DNA of 24,000 bases from Sphaerisporangium viridialbum (GCF_049674955.1 NZ_CP187232.1:4158404-4182403), one strand, 5' to 3'; shown: positions 15,191 through 23,937, counted from the stretch's first letter. A program made the numbers and translations. Notes: generated from the letters alone by a model not told the origin.

Positions 15191-15220
15191 GATATCAACG
15201 GCAAAAGCCATATTGATCTC
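15191..15220. promoter_or_regulatory. Imperfect inverted repeat upstream of the 719-aa gene
   Basis: GATATCAA (15191-15198), N14, TTGATCTC (15213-15220), with 7/8 complementary. It lies in a locally AT-rich stretch 45-75 nt upstream of the GTG at 15146. Confidence 0.25.
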
Positions 15221-15489
15221 CAAAGCATATATCTCGGGCATGTAGCGGGCTTCATGGGGCTCGTGCGGGGCGGGGCCGGTTCACGAGGGGCCGGAACGAG
15301 GTTCTCATCTTTCGCCGTGCCCGGAAAGCGACCGGGAGCGGACTAGGAAACCCCTGGATGAAACGGCTTTTTGGTAATAAGCACGCAGATCTGGCATGTC
15401 CCGGCGTCGCCGGGCGGCGAGGCCCTCGCCGGGCCGCAGGCAGGGCCGCCCGGGGCCGCTCAACCTCACGCTCACTCCGGGGTGCTCGA

Positions 15490-15612
15490 CTCAGGCTCCT
15501 CCCGGTCCGCCCAGCTCAGGTCGCTCCGGGGAACTCGGCTCAGGCCGCTCCGGTCCGCCCAGCTCAGGCCGCTCTGAGGCGCTCAGCTCAGGGCCGCTCG
15601 GGGGCCGTCCAG
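15490..15612 (+). repeat. Imperfect ~24-bp tandem repeat, about 5 units (CTCAGGCCGCTCCGGTCCGCCCAG-like)
   Basis: CTCAGG recurs at 15490, 15515, 15539, 15563 and 15587, with spacings of 25/24/24/24. The 18-mer CGGTCCGCCCAGCTCAGG is exact at 15503 and 15551 (48-bp period). Confidence 0.7.
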
Positions 15613-15640
15613 CCTGGGCCGCGATGGCTGTGCCTGCCTG

Positions 15641-15740
15641 CTACGCACCCGCCCACAACGGCGTTCCTGGCTACACACCCGCCCACGACGGCGCTGCCGG
15701 ATCCACATCCGCTCACGACGGTCCTGCCGGATCCACATGG
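15641..15740 (+). repeat. 30-bp tandem repeat, about 3.3 units
   Basis: The units are CTACGCACCCGCCCACAACGGCGTTCCTGG (15641-15670), CTACACACCCGCCCACGACGGCGCTGCCGG (15671-15700), ATCCACATCCGCTCACGACGGTCCTGCCGG (15701-15730) and a partial ATCCACATGG (15731-15740). Confidence 0.75.
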
Positions 15741-15992
15741 GTCGCGGCGTCCGTCTCCACCGGTCCGTGATGGGGGATGATCGGCGGTTCTCCAGTGAGG
15801 AAGCGTAAGAGTCCTGATATTTCCGTCTTTAGGTGCATTTCTCAGCTAATGCCGTTTATTTCCGGGTTTGCGCTATGGCGTGCCAGCCGGCGGGCGGGTC
15901 GGTCATCGCCCGCGCGGCTGCCGCCCGGCGAGCCTTCCGGGTGGAGTCAGCATCACCGGAATCCGGCCCCACGGTGAGTGCCGGCTACGGTC

Positions 15993-16021
15993 GGTCTACT
16001 CGGGCCCGTCGCGAGGAGACC
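15993..16021 (-). terminator. Hairpin just downstream of egtD, candidate operon terminator
   Basis: GGTCTACTCG (15993-16002), 9-nt loop, CGAGGAGACC (16012-16021). The 10-bp stem has one mismatch. It lies 13 nt beyond the egtD stop on the minus strand and has no U-tract. Confidence 0.3.
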
Positions 16022-16033
16022 GCCTCGGGCAGG

Positions 16034-17113
16034 TCATCCGGCGTCGCCGGTCACCCTGACCCGCGCGCCCCGGCGCGGGCGGCGCGGCCCGCCGGCCTGC
16101 TCCCCGTCCCGCCGCCGGAGCTCGGGAATGTACGCGAGGACCAGGGCGAAGTCCCGAGCGGGATCGGTGTACCACCGGCCAAGCGTGAACCCGCTGCGCA
16201 TCAGCTCGCCCTCCAGCCGGTACCGGTAGAACTTGGAGCTGATCTCGGTGCGCATCTCCTCGCCGGCCTTGAACGAGACGGTCAGGTCCAGCTCGCGGAA
16301 GCGGACGCGCATGGGACGGCTGGCGCGCAGCCGCATCTCGATCCTGTGCAGCCTCCCGTCGTAGAGGGCCACGTGGTCGAAGGACTGGGGGTTGAAGTCC
16401 GCGCCCAGCTCGCGGTTCATCACGGTCAGCACGTTGCGGTTGAACGCGGCCGTCACCCCGGCGGCGTCGTCGTACGCGGCCACCAGCCGGCCGGTGTCCT
16501 TCACGAGGTCGACCCCGAGGAGGAGGCTGTCGCCCGGGGACAGGGTAGCCCGCAGCTCGGCGAGGAAGGACTCCCTGGCCTCGTGGTCGAGGTTGCCGAG
16601 GGTGCCGCCGAGGAACGCGACCAGCCGCCTGCCGACGCGGGGCAGCCGCGCGAGGTGCCGCTCGAAGTCGGCGCAGACCGCCCAGATGGCGAGTCCGGGG
16701 TAGGCGTCGGCGACGCGGTGGGCCGCGGCGTCCAGCGTGGTCGCGTCCACGTCGACCGGCGAGTACGTCTTGAGCGTCCCCGCCGCGGTGAGCGCGGAAA
16801 GGAGTATGACGGTCTTCTCGCTGGTGCCCGAGCCGAGCTCGACCAGCGTCTCGGCGCCGGCCAGCCGGGCGATCTCGGCGGCGTTCTCGCGCAGGATGGC
16901 GAGCTCGCGGCGCGTCGGGTAGTACTCGGGCAGCGTGGTGATCTGGGAGAACAGCTCGCTTCCCGTGGCATCGTAGAACCATTTCGGCGGCAGCCACTTG
17001 GGCGCCGAGGTCAGCCCGGTGCGGACGTCGTCGGCGAGGGCCTTGCGGAGGTGGTCGGGGCCGAGGTGGTTGACCGTGTACAGGAACGGCAGCGGGATCT
17101 GTGTGACGGACAC
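16034..17113 (-). CDS. egtD: L-histidine N-alpha-methyltransferase (hercynine synthase)
   Basis: The GTG at 17113 is preceded by AGGAGG 5 nt upstream. Supporting motifs are LPPKWFYDATGSELFSQITTLPEYYPTRRE, LVELGSGTSEKT and YSPVDVD, and the gene follows egtC. The ORF-track start at 17443 adds 110 Arg/Pro-rich residues that I reject. Confidence 0.9.
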   Translation of the reverse strand: MSVTQIPLPFLYTVNHLGPDHLRKALADDVRTGLTSAPKWLPPKWFYDATGSELFSQITTLPEYYPTRRELAILRENAAEIARLAGAETLVELGSGTSEKTVILLSALTAAGTLKTYSPVDVDATTLDAAAHRVADAYPGLAIWAVCADFERHLARLPRVGRRLVAFLGGTLGNLDHEARESFLAELRATLSPGDSLLLGVDLVKDTGRLVAAYDDAAGVTAAFNRNVLTVMNRELGADFNPQSFDHVALYDGRLHRIEMRLRASRPMRVRFRELDLTVSFKAGEEMRTEISSKFYRYRLEGELMRSGFTLGRWYTDPARDFALVLAYIPELRRRDGEQAGGPRRPRRGARVRVTGDAG

Positions 17114-17192
17114 GCGGGCCTCCTGGTGTGACGGTGGAAGGGTGGCTCCTGAGGATCGGAAGTCGGTCGGTCGTCCGAGATGGGCCGAAGGG

Positions 17193-17942
17193 TCAGAGCG
17201 GCAGGATCCGCACGCCGCCGGCGGCGGCGACGACCAGGTGGCGGTCGGGGACGGCGTCCCAGCCCGGCCGGTCGTCCAGCGGCTCGCTCGCGAGCAGCAC
17301 GCCTTCACCGAGCGGCTCGCCCGTGAACCGGGAGGTGGTGTCGTCGCCCCAGCACACGAACAGGGTTTCGTTCCAGGCGGTCGCGGCCACGGCGTCGCCG
17401 TCGGTGAGCAGCAGGTTGAGACGCGCGCCCGGGTCGTCCGCACCCGCGCGGGTCACCACCTCGGCCAGCGCGTCGCCCATCGGGACGCCCGTGCCGAGCC
17501 TGGCGAACACCGCCGCCGCCAGCCACGCCGAGTCGCAGGTGCTCTCGGGCTCGCCACCGTCGGCGAGCGGCCTGACCGCCTTGCGCGCCACCCTGCCGTT
17601 GTGGCTGAGCAGCCACCTGCCCTCGGTGAAGGGCGCGGTGGCGGACTCCTCTATCGGCATGCCCGGGCTGGCGGAGCGCACGGCCGCGAGCAGGCACCGC
17701 GAGCGGGCCGCGGCGGCGAGGCCGGGCAGGTTCGCGTCCGTCCAGATCGGGACGCAGCGGCGGTAGCGCACCGGTTCCCGGCGCGCCGCGTCGTACCAGC
17801 CCATGCCGAAGCCGTCGGCGTTGACGGCGCCGCACCGCTGCAGGCGCGGCGCGTAGGACTGCCTGAGCAGGCCGTGCTCGGGCTCCTGGATCAGCGACGC
17901 GAGCGGCTGGGGAGTACCCAGCCACGCCGCGTGGCGGCACAT
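17193..17942 (-). CDS. egtC: Ergothioneine biosynthesis amidohydrolase (class-II glutamine amidotransferase fold)
   Basis: The protein begins MCRH (Ntn Cys2 nucleophile). It also has NADGFGMGWY and LLSHNG. The start lies 1 nt after the egtB stop. Confidence 0.9.
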   Translation of the reverse strand: MCRHAAWLGTPQPLASLIQEPEHGLLRQSYAPRLQRCGAVNADGFGMGWYDAARREPVRYRRCVPIWTDANLPGLAAAARSRCLLAAVRSASPGMPIEESATAPFTEGRWLLSHNGRVARKAVRPLADGGEPESTCDSAWLAAAVFARLGTGVPMGDALAEVVTRAGADDPGARLNLLLTDGDAVAATAWNETLFVCWGDDTTSRFTGEPLGEGVLLASEPLDDRPGWDAVPDRHLVVAAAGGVRILPL

Positions 17943-17943
17943 G

Positions 17944-19245
17944 TCAGGCCTCCTCCGGAGACGCCGCCCGCGCGCACCGGAACCCGGCGAAGATCTGCCG
18001 CCGGGCCGGGTAGTCCCAGTTGCGGAAGGTCGTGCGGATGGCCGTGGGATGTGTGGCCCACGATCCGCCGCGCAGCACCCGGTAGGTCTCGCCGAAGAAC
18101 ACCTCGCTGTACTCGCGGTAGGGGAAGGTCCGGAAGCCCGGGTAGGGCAGGAACCACGAACCGGTCCACTCCCACACGTCGCCGATCATCTGCTCGGCCC
18201 CGTAAGCGCTGGCCCCCGCGGGGAAGGCGCCCACGGGCGCGGGCCGCGAGGCGCGGTGCCCGAGGTTGGCGTGCTCGGGCAGCGGGTCGGCGTCGCCCCA
18301 CGGGTAGGCGCGCGCCCGGCCGGTCGCGGGGTCCCATCCGCAGGCCTTCTCCCACTCGGCCTCGGTGGGGAGCCTCCTGCCCGCCCACCGCGCGTAGGCG
18401 TCCGCCTCGTACCAGCTGACGTGCTGCACGGGCTCGGCCATGGGCACCGGTTCGGTCCGCCCGAAGCGCGTACGCCACCACGTGTCGCCGTCGCGCGCCC
18501 AGAACAGCGGGGCCCGCACGCCCTGTCCCGCGCGCCAGGGCCAGCCCGCCGGGTCCCACCAGCGCGGGTCGGCGTACCCGCCGTCCTCGACGAACTCGGC
18601 GTACGCGCCGTTGGTCACCGGGTGGCGGTCGATCCAGTAGGCGGGCAGGTCCACCCGGTGCGCCGGTCGCTCGTTGTCGTACGCCCAGGGCCGGGTGCCG
18701 GTCCCCGCGACGAACGGGCCGGCCGGGACGAGCACCTCGCCCGCGCCATCGGTCCGTCCCGGGGGCAGCTCGCCGTCGCGCACCAGGCCCGGCTCCCGCG
18801 AGAGCTGCAGGGTGGCGAGCATCGTCTCGTCGTGCTGGTGCTCGTGCTGCAGGATGAGCCCGAACACGAAGCCGTCCGACCGGAGGGGCTCGGGATCGCG
18901 CAGGTCGACGGCGTCGAGCACGTCGAGCACGCGCCCGCGCACACCCGCGATGTACGCGCGCGCCTCTGCGGGGCCGAGCAGCGGCAGGCTCGGCCGACGC
19001 GCGCGAGGGTGCGCGAAGGCGTCGTAGATCGCGTCGATCTCCGGGCGCAGCGGGGTGGCGCCGCCGACCTCGCGCAGCACCCACAGCTCCTCGTAGTTGC
19101 CGATGTGGGCAAGGTCCCACACCAGCGGTGACATCAGGGTGGAGTGCTGGCGGACCAGCACCTCGTCGTCGGTGTCGGTGTAGGCGAGCGACCGGCTCCG
19201 CCCCCGCTCCAGCTCGGCGGCGATGCGTTCCTTGAGGCCGGTCAT
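17944..19245 (-). CDS. egtB: Hercynine oxygenase / sulfoxide synthase (DinB-like plus FGE-sulfatase-like domains)
   Basis: The ATG at 19245 overlaps the egtA stop (ATGA). Supporting motifs are PLVWDLAHIGNYEELW, LILQHEHQHDETM (His-rich iron-site region) and the C-terminal FGE-like YRVLRGGSWAT. Confidence 0.9.
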   Translation of the reverse strand: MTGLKERIAAELERGRSRSLAYTDTDDEVLVRQHSTLMSPLVWDLAHIGNYEELWVLREVGGATPLRPEIDAIYDAFAHPRARRPSLPLLGPAEARAYIAGVRGRVLDVLDAVDLRDPEPLRSDGFVFGLILQHEHQHDETMLATLQLSREPGLVRDGELPPGRTDGAGEVLVPAGPFVAGTGTRPWAYDNERPAHRVDLPAYWIDRHPVTNGAYAEFVEDGGYADPRWWDPAGWPWRAGQGVRAPLFWARDGDTWWRTRFGRTEPVPMAEPVQHVSWYEADAYARWAGRRLPTEAEWEKACGWDPATGRARAYPWGDADPLPEHANLGHRASRPAPVGAFPAGASAYGAEQMIGDVWEWTGSWFLPYPGFRTFPYREYSEVFFGETYRVLRGGSWATHPTAIRTTFRNWDYPARRQIFAGFRCARAASPEEA

Positions 19246-20477
19246 GCCGGGACCTCCTCGCCGAGCCAGGCCCTCCCGTGCGGGCCGGGCTCGCGCACGC
19301 GGGTCAGCAGGTCGAGGGCGGGGGAGCGGCCGGTGGTCACGTGCCGGTCGGCGAAGGCGTCCACGTCCGCGACCAGGCCCGGGCCCGCGCCGAGGCGCGG
19401 CAGCGCCCCGATGGCGGCGCGGAAGCAGTCCTCGGCGGCCCGCCGGAGGCGCGCGTCCCCGAGACCCACCTGCGCCGCCTGCCACCAGCGGTCGGCGAAG
19501 GGCTCGGCCGAGGCGAGCGCGGCGTCGGCGGCGCGGTCGTCCAGCAGGAGCGCCGAGATCACCGCCACGCAGGCGGGCCAGGAGCGCGGGTGCAGCGCGT
19601 CGAGGTAGCGGATCTCCAGCCAGCCCCGCGGCCGTACCGGCGGGAACACCGTGGTCGCGTGGAAGGCCAGGTCGCACGCGGTGGGCTTGCGGCCGACCAG
19701 GCCGGGGGTGGCCATCCAGTCGCCGAAGGTGGCACGGCTCGGCGGGGTGTGGTGGCGCGCGTACTTCTCGCCGACCAGCATGACGCGCGCGTCCATCAGG
19801 TACCTCGCCCATGCCGAGGCCGGGTCGCCGTCCCACACCAGGGGACGGGTGCGTGTGGGGTCCAGGTGCAGCCATACGGCCTGCCGGCCCGACATCCATC
19901 CGCACGGCCGGGAGGAGACCATGGGGGAGTTGGCGAACGCGGCGTTGAGCACGGGGCCGAGGCGGTTGGCGCGCTCCCACCGGGTCTCGGGGCGCTCACC
20001 GAAGTCCACGTTGACCTGGATGGAAGCGGTCAGGCACATCATCATCGGCCCGTAGGGGACGCCCAGCAGTTCGGCCATCGCGTCGTAGCGCGGCTCGCGG
20101 ATCTGGCGCAGGGGCGGCCGCACCGGGTCCAGGCCCATCCCGGCGAGCACGAGCCCCTCGTCGTGCAGCGCCCCGCGCACCGCCTCGACGTCGGCGGCGG
20201 CTCCGGAGACGGCCCGCGCCAGGGTTCCCGGCGGGCCGGAGAGCTCCAGCTGGCCTCCGGGTTCGAAGGTGACGGCGCTGCCGCCGGGCAGGAGGGGAAG
20301 GGACTCGGCGATGCGCTCGACCGCGACCTGCCTGGACGGGTCGGCGCGGTCGAAGACGAGGAACTCCAGCTCGATGCCGATGCCGTCGCCTGGTGTGCCC
20401 TGAAAGCACTGTCGCGCGAACCCTTCCACGTCCGCCAGGTCGCGGACTCGCGCGTCGCTGTACTCCGTACCGATCAT
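19242..20477 (-). CDS. egtA: Glutamate-cysteine ligase, GCS2 family
   Basis: The ATG at 20477 has GGAGGG 3 nt upstream (AGGAGGGTCCATG). Supporting motifs are GIGIELEFLVFD, VTFEPGGQLELSGPP and FPPVRPRGWLEIRYLDA. It is the first gene of the egt operon order A-B-C-D. Confidence 0.85.
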   Translation of the reverse strand: MIGTEYSDARVRDLADVEGFARQCFQGTPGDGIGIELEFLVFDRADPSRQVAVERIAESLPLLPGGSAVTFEPGGQLELSGPPGTLARAVSGAAADVEAVRGALHDEGLVLAGMGLDPVRPPLRQIREPRYDAMAELLGVPYGPMMMCLTASIQVNVDFGERPETRWERANRLGPVLNAAFANSPMVSSRPCGWMSGRQAVWLHLDPTRTRPLVWDGDPASAWARYLMDARVMLVGEKYARHHTPPSRATFGDWMATPGLVGRKPTACDLAFHATTVFPPVRPRGWLEIRYLDALHPRSWPACVAVISALLLDDRAADAALASAEPFADRWWQAAQVGLGDARLRRAAEDCFRAAIGALPRLGAGPGLVADVDAFADRHVTTGRSPALDLLTRVREPGPHGRAWLGEEVPA

Positions 20478-20845
20478 GGACCCTCCTACGCTGAGGTGTT
20501 TCGGTCGGCAGAGCTCTGGGAGACCTCCCGTTCGCGTGATCCGGCTCGCAAGGGCATGCGGAACCGGCAAGAGGTGAGTGGGGTGGCGAGAGAGTGTTTC
20601 CATCCGGCGAGGTCATGCCTCGCGGGTAAGTGATCGCCGGCCGGGGTCGCGGCGTCGGCGAGATCGAACGGCCGGTGGGATGGGCTGAGCCCCCTGCGGA
20701 CCTCCGAGTTCCGATCACTGCGGCGTTTGACTAAGCATCTCGTACCCGTCGTTACGCCATATCAAGCCCAAAGGGGACGTTCGCCTCAAACGATACGATC
20801 TACCCTCATAGCACCAGTCGGGTGACTCCCTCGGGAACGCGAAAG

Positions 20846-20878
20846 CTCCGCCGGGAACCACGGAGGTTCCCGGCGGAG
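20846..20878 (-). terminator. Strong hairpin terminator downstream of the glycerophosphodiesterase gene
   Basis: CTCCGCCGGGAAC (20846-20858), loop CACGGAG, GTTCCCGGCGGAG (20866-20878). This is a perfect 13-bp stem starting 14 nt beyond the stop at 20892. Confidence 0.6.
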
Positions 20879-20891
20879 CAGGTGCGGGCAG

Positions 20892-22004
20892 TCAGTCCTG
20901 GGAGAGCAGGCGGTCGCGCGTGGCGCGGGCGATGCCGGGGTTGTCGGAGAAGACGCCGTCCACCTTGAGCGAGTACAGCTTGTCCAGGTAGCGCATCACG
21001 TCCCCGGTGGCACGCGGGTAGACCGGGCTGCCGGGGTTGCCGAGCCGGTAGTCCACGGGAAGCTGGGAGTTCTCCGGCCGGACCGTCCAGGTGTGGACCA
21101 GTAGCCGCGCGCGGTGAGCGTCCCGCACGAGCGGCGTGGGCGCCTGCGTCCTGCCGTCGGGGCCGATCGGGATGATCCGCGTGGTGGCCACGCCCAGGCC
21201 GTCGGCGTACCGGGAGATCTCCCGCAGGCCCTCGGGCGTGACGAGGTCGGTGTACGTGCGCGGGTCGCCGGCCGCCACCAGGTCGTACGGCGCGCCGCTC
21301 GCGTTGATGAGCTGGATGAGCCGCAGGCGGGTGGCCGAGCGCAGCTCCTTGAGGTTCTTGGTCTCGAACGACTGGATGAAGACCGGGGACCGCAGACTGT
21401 CCCAGCCGTGGCGCTTGAGGGCCGCCAGCAGGGGCTCCTCCAGCGACAGGCCGATCGAGTCGAAGTACGTCGGGTGCTTGGTCTCGGGGTAGACGCCCAC
21501 GCCGTACTTCTGCGCGAGCTCGATGACCTCGTCGAACGTCGGGATCTGGGCCAGCCCGTCGAAGGCGGTGTTGTCGGGCCGCAGGTCGGGGACGCGCTCC
21601 TTGGCCCTCAGCGTGCGCAGCTCGGCCAGCGTGAAGTCCTCGGTGAACCATCCGGTCATCGGCACGCCGTCGATGGTCTTGGTGGTCTTACGATCGGCGA
21701 ACTCCGGGTGGTTCGCGACGTCGGTCGTCCCGGAGATCTCGTTCTCGTGCCGGGCGACGAGCACGTGGTCCTTCGTCGACACCAGGTCCGGCTCGATGTA
21801 GTCGGCTCCGAGCTGCGCCGCCGCCTCGTACGACAGGAGCGTGTGCTCGGGACGGATGGCACTGGCACCGCGGTGCCCGATGATGACCGGTCCCCGGTCG
21901 TCGTGTCCGGCCTTCGCGGCCGTCGCGCTCGCGGGCTGGAGGGCGGCGAGCACCACCCCTCCCACGAGGACGGCCAGCGCACCGGCCAGCGTCTTGTTCC
22001 ACAT
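20892..22004 (-). CDS. glpQ: Secreted glycerophosphodiester phosphodiesterase (GlpQ-type GDPD)
   Basis: The predicted signal peptide is MWNKTLAGALAVLVGGVVLAALQPASATA. The GDPD motifs are IIGHRGASAIRPEHTL, GADYIEPDLVSTKD and HENEISGTTDV. The start is ATG 22004, with an alternative GTG at 22019. Confidence 0.85.
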   Translation of the reverse strand: MWNKTLAGALAVLVGGVVLAALQPASATAAKAGHDDRGPVIIGHRGASAIRPEHTLLSYEAAAQLGADYIEPDLVSTKDHVLVARHENEISGTTDVANHPEFADRKTTKTIDGVPMTGWFTEDFTLAELRTLRAKERVPDLRPDNTAFDGLAQIPTFDEVIELAQKYGVGVYPETKHPTYFDSIGLSLEEPLLAALKRHGWDSLRSPVFIQSFETKNLKELRSATRLRLIQLINASGAPYDLVAAGDPRTYTDLVTPEGLREISRYADGLGVATTRIIPIGPDGRTQAPTPLVRDAHRARLLVHTWTVRPENSQLPVDYRLGNPGSPVYPRATGDVMRYLDKLYSLKVDGVFSDNPGIARATRDRLLSQD

Positions 22005-22124
22005 CAGAACACACCCCACTCTCTGGTCTCGCGGGGCACGTTAATGTCACGAGCTGTACCCGGGGTGGCGACGCAGTTAACGATCAAAGGTGTGTGCGTG
22101 CCACCTCTCGGGCGGTCGGCACCC

Positions 22125-22658
22125 TCACACGGAGGGGGCGCCCGCGCCGTCGAGATCGGGCGTGGCCCTGCCGGCCAGCCACTCGCGCGCCCGGGCGAGG
22201 TGGCGGTCCGTCAGGCCGGTCATGGGATCCACCTCCACCAGCAGGAACTCGTCCACGCCCGGATGATCCTTGAGGTACTGCCAGTCGGGGGTGCCGAGGC
22301 TGTCGTCGAACCAGACGAACGGGCGGCCCGCGACGTACTCCGCGACGTGCCGGGTCTTGAAGTGCTCGCCCGCGCGGCTGCCGGGGTCGCTGTTGACCTT
22401 GATGACCGGAAGGGAGGGCAGGCCGATGCGCGGCGATATGTGGTCGTTGGCGTGCTGCTCCCAGGTGGTGGCCCACGCCAGCTCGGCGTCCGCGTCGCGG
22501 GCGAGCTCGGCGAGCTGGCGGCCGTGCCTGCGGTTCAGCAGGATCCGGTACGTCTGCCCGTCGAGCACGCAGTCGTGGCGCCTCAGCCACAGCGAGTGCC
22601 TCCGGGCCGGGTTGAGCACCCCGTCCACGTCCAGCAGTACAAGGGGACGCTTGGTCAC
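22125..22658 (-). CDS. Small HAD-superfamily-like protein
   Basis: The HAD motif I is LVLLDVDGVLNP, with a late FVWFDDS acidic motif. I prefer the GTG at 22658 because GAGGAG lies 6 nt upstream. The stretch 22659-22745 has visibly poorer third-position GC (codons gca tca tgg cat cca gca). Confidence 0.7.
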   Translation of the reverse strand: MTKRPLVLLDVDGVLNPARRHSLWLRRHDCVLDGQTYRILLNRRHGRQLAELARDADAELAWATTWEQHANDHISPRIGLPSLPVIKVNSDPGSRAGEHFKTRHVAEYVAGRPFVWFDDSLGTPDWQYLKDHPGVDEFLLVEVDPMTGLTDRHLARAREWLAGRATPDLDGAGAPSV

Positions 22659-22761
22659 GTGCCGCTCCTCGGTCGTCGGTGCTGGATGCCATGATGCCGC
22701 CACCATGGCCCAGTCTTCCAACTCCGCGGCGGGAGCGGCGGTCACGTCAAGCGTTTCCAGG

Positions 22762-23937
22762 TCAGGCCGCGCGCCCCGCCTCCGCCCGGTCCCAGGCCTC
22801 GGCGAGCAGCTCGTACGAGCGCACGCGGTCGGCGTGGTCGTGGGCGATCGTGGTCACCAGGAGCTCGTCGGCCCCGGTCGCGTCCCTGAGCACGCGCAGT
22901 CTCTCCACCACGGTCTCCGGCGCGCCGACGAACTGCGTGTCCACCCGGTCGGCCACCAGCCGCCGCTCCTCCTGGCTCCAGGAGTGCGCGGCGGCCTCGC
23001 GCGGTGACGGGAAGGCAATCGCCCCCTCCCCGGCGCGGATGCTGCGCACCCACAGCCCGTACGGCGAGGCCAGCTCGCGGGCGGTGGCGTCGTCGGGGGC
23101 GACCACCGCGTCCGCCGAGACGACGACGTACGGCGCGGCCAGGCCCGCCGACGGCTTGAACGCGGCGCGGTAGGCGTCCACCGCCTCCAGCACGCTGGAT
23201 GGGCTGACGTGGTAGTTCGCCGCGAAGGGCAGGCCGCGCTCCGCCGCCACCTGGGCGCTCTGGCCGCCGCTGCTGCCGAGGACCCAGACCTCGACGTCCG
23301 CGCCCTCCCCGGGCACGGCGTGGGCGTCGAGTCCCTCGGACGACAGGTAGGTGCCGGCCACCAGGGCGAGGATGTCGTCCACCTGGTCGGCGAAGTCGGG
23401 GGACTCGGCCCCCGGCTGCTGCAGCAGCGACGCGTACAGCGCGAAACGCGGCGAGGTGAGCAGGTGCGCGAACGAGAACGGCGGCGGGATGAGCAGGCCG
23501 TGCGTCTCGCGGGCGGGCCGCGCATCCTCTGGCCGTGCCTCCTCGGGGCGGGGCTCGCCCTCCTTCAGCTCCTTGAGGGCCTCGGCCCGCCGCTGCCCCG
23601 ACCGGCCGAGGCCGAGGTCGATCCGGCCCGGGTACAGGGCGTCGATCGTGCCGAACTGCTCCACCACGGCCGCCGCGGTCTGGTGGCCCAGTTGCACGGC
23701 TCCCGAGCCGACCCGGATGCGGCTCGTCGCCGCCGCCACCAGCGCGATCAGCACGGCCGGGGCCGAGCTCGCGACCCCGGGGGTGAAGTGGTGCTCGGCG
23801 AGCCAGTACCGGTGGTAGCCGAACTCCTCGGCGCGCCTGGCGAGGTCGATCGTGTTCCGCAGGGCGTCCGCGGCGGTGCCGCCGGAGACGATGGGGGCGA
23901 GGTCAAGGATGGACAGCGGGGTCCGATGGGATGACAT
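22762..23937 (-). CDS. LLM-class flavin-dependent oxidoreductase (luciferase-like monooxygenase)
   Basis: The N-terminus [53 protein letters not shown] is the hallmark of this family. It carries an internal Glu/Pro/Arg-rich insert ([23 protein letters not shown]). Confidence 0.85.
   Translation of the reverse strand: MSSHRTPLSILDLAPIVSGGTAADALRNTIDLARRAEEFGYHRYWLAEHHFTPGVASSAPAVLIALVAAATSRIRVGSGAVQLGHQTAAAVVEQFGTIDALYPGRIDLGLGRSGQRRAEALKELKEGEPRPEEARPEDARPARETHGLLIPPPFSFAHLLTSPRFALYASLLQQPGAESPDFADQVDDILALVAGTYLSSEGLDAHAVPGEGADVEVWVLGSSGGQSAQVAAERGLPFAANYHVSPSSVLEAVDAYRAAFKPSAGLAAPYVVVSADAVVAPDDATARELASPYGLWVRSIRAGEGAIAFPSPREAAAHSWSQEERRLVADRVDTQFVGAPETVVERLRVLRDATGADELLVTTIAHDHADRVRSYELLAEAWDRAEAGRAA

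Noticed and set aside
15490-15740. The tandem repeats considered as a CRISPR array
   Set aside because: The repeat units are directly adjacent and degenerate, with no unique spacers. The unit lengths are 24 and 30 bp with no intervening sequence, and no cas genes are nearby.
15833-17131. A 432-aa plus-strand ORF starting in the AT-rich island, considered as a real gene opposite egtD
   Set aside because: Beyond the first ~30 codons it is exactly antisense to egtD. Its composition is Gly/Arg/Pro/Val-rich and it has no motifs, whereas egtD has unambiguous family signatures.
22020-22124. PhoP (PHO-box) direct repeats upstream of glpQ
   Set aside because: Only two TTAAC-containing words (near 22038 and 22076) were found, about 38 bp apart. 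Their sequence and their spacing both fail to fit the 11-nt GTTCACC-type direct-repeat pattern.
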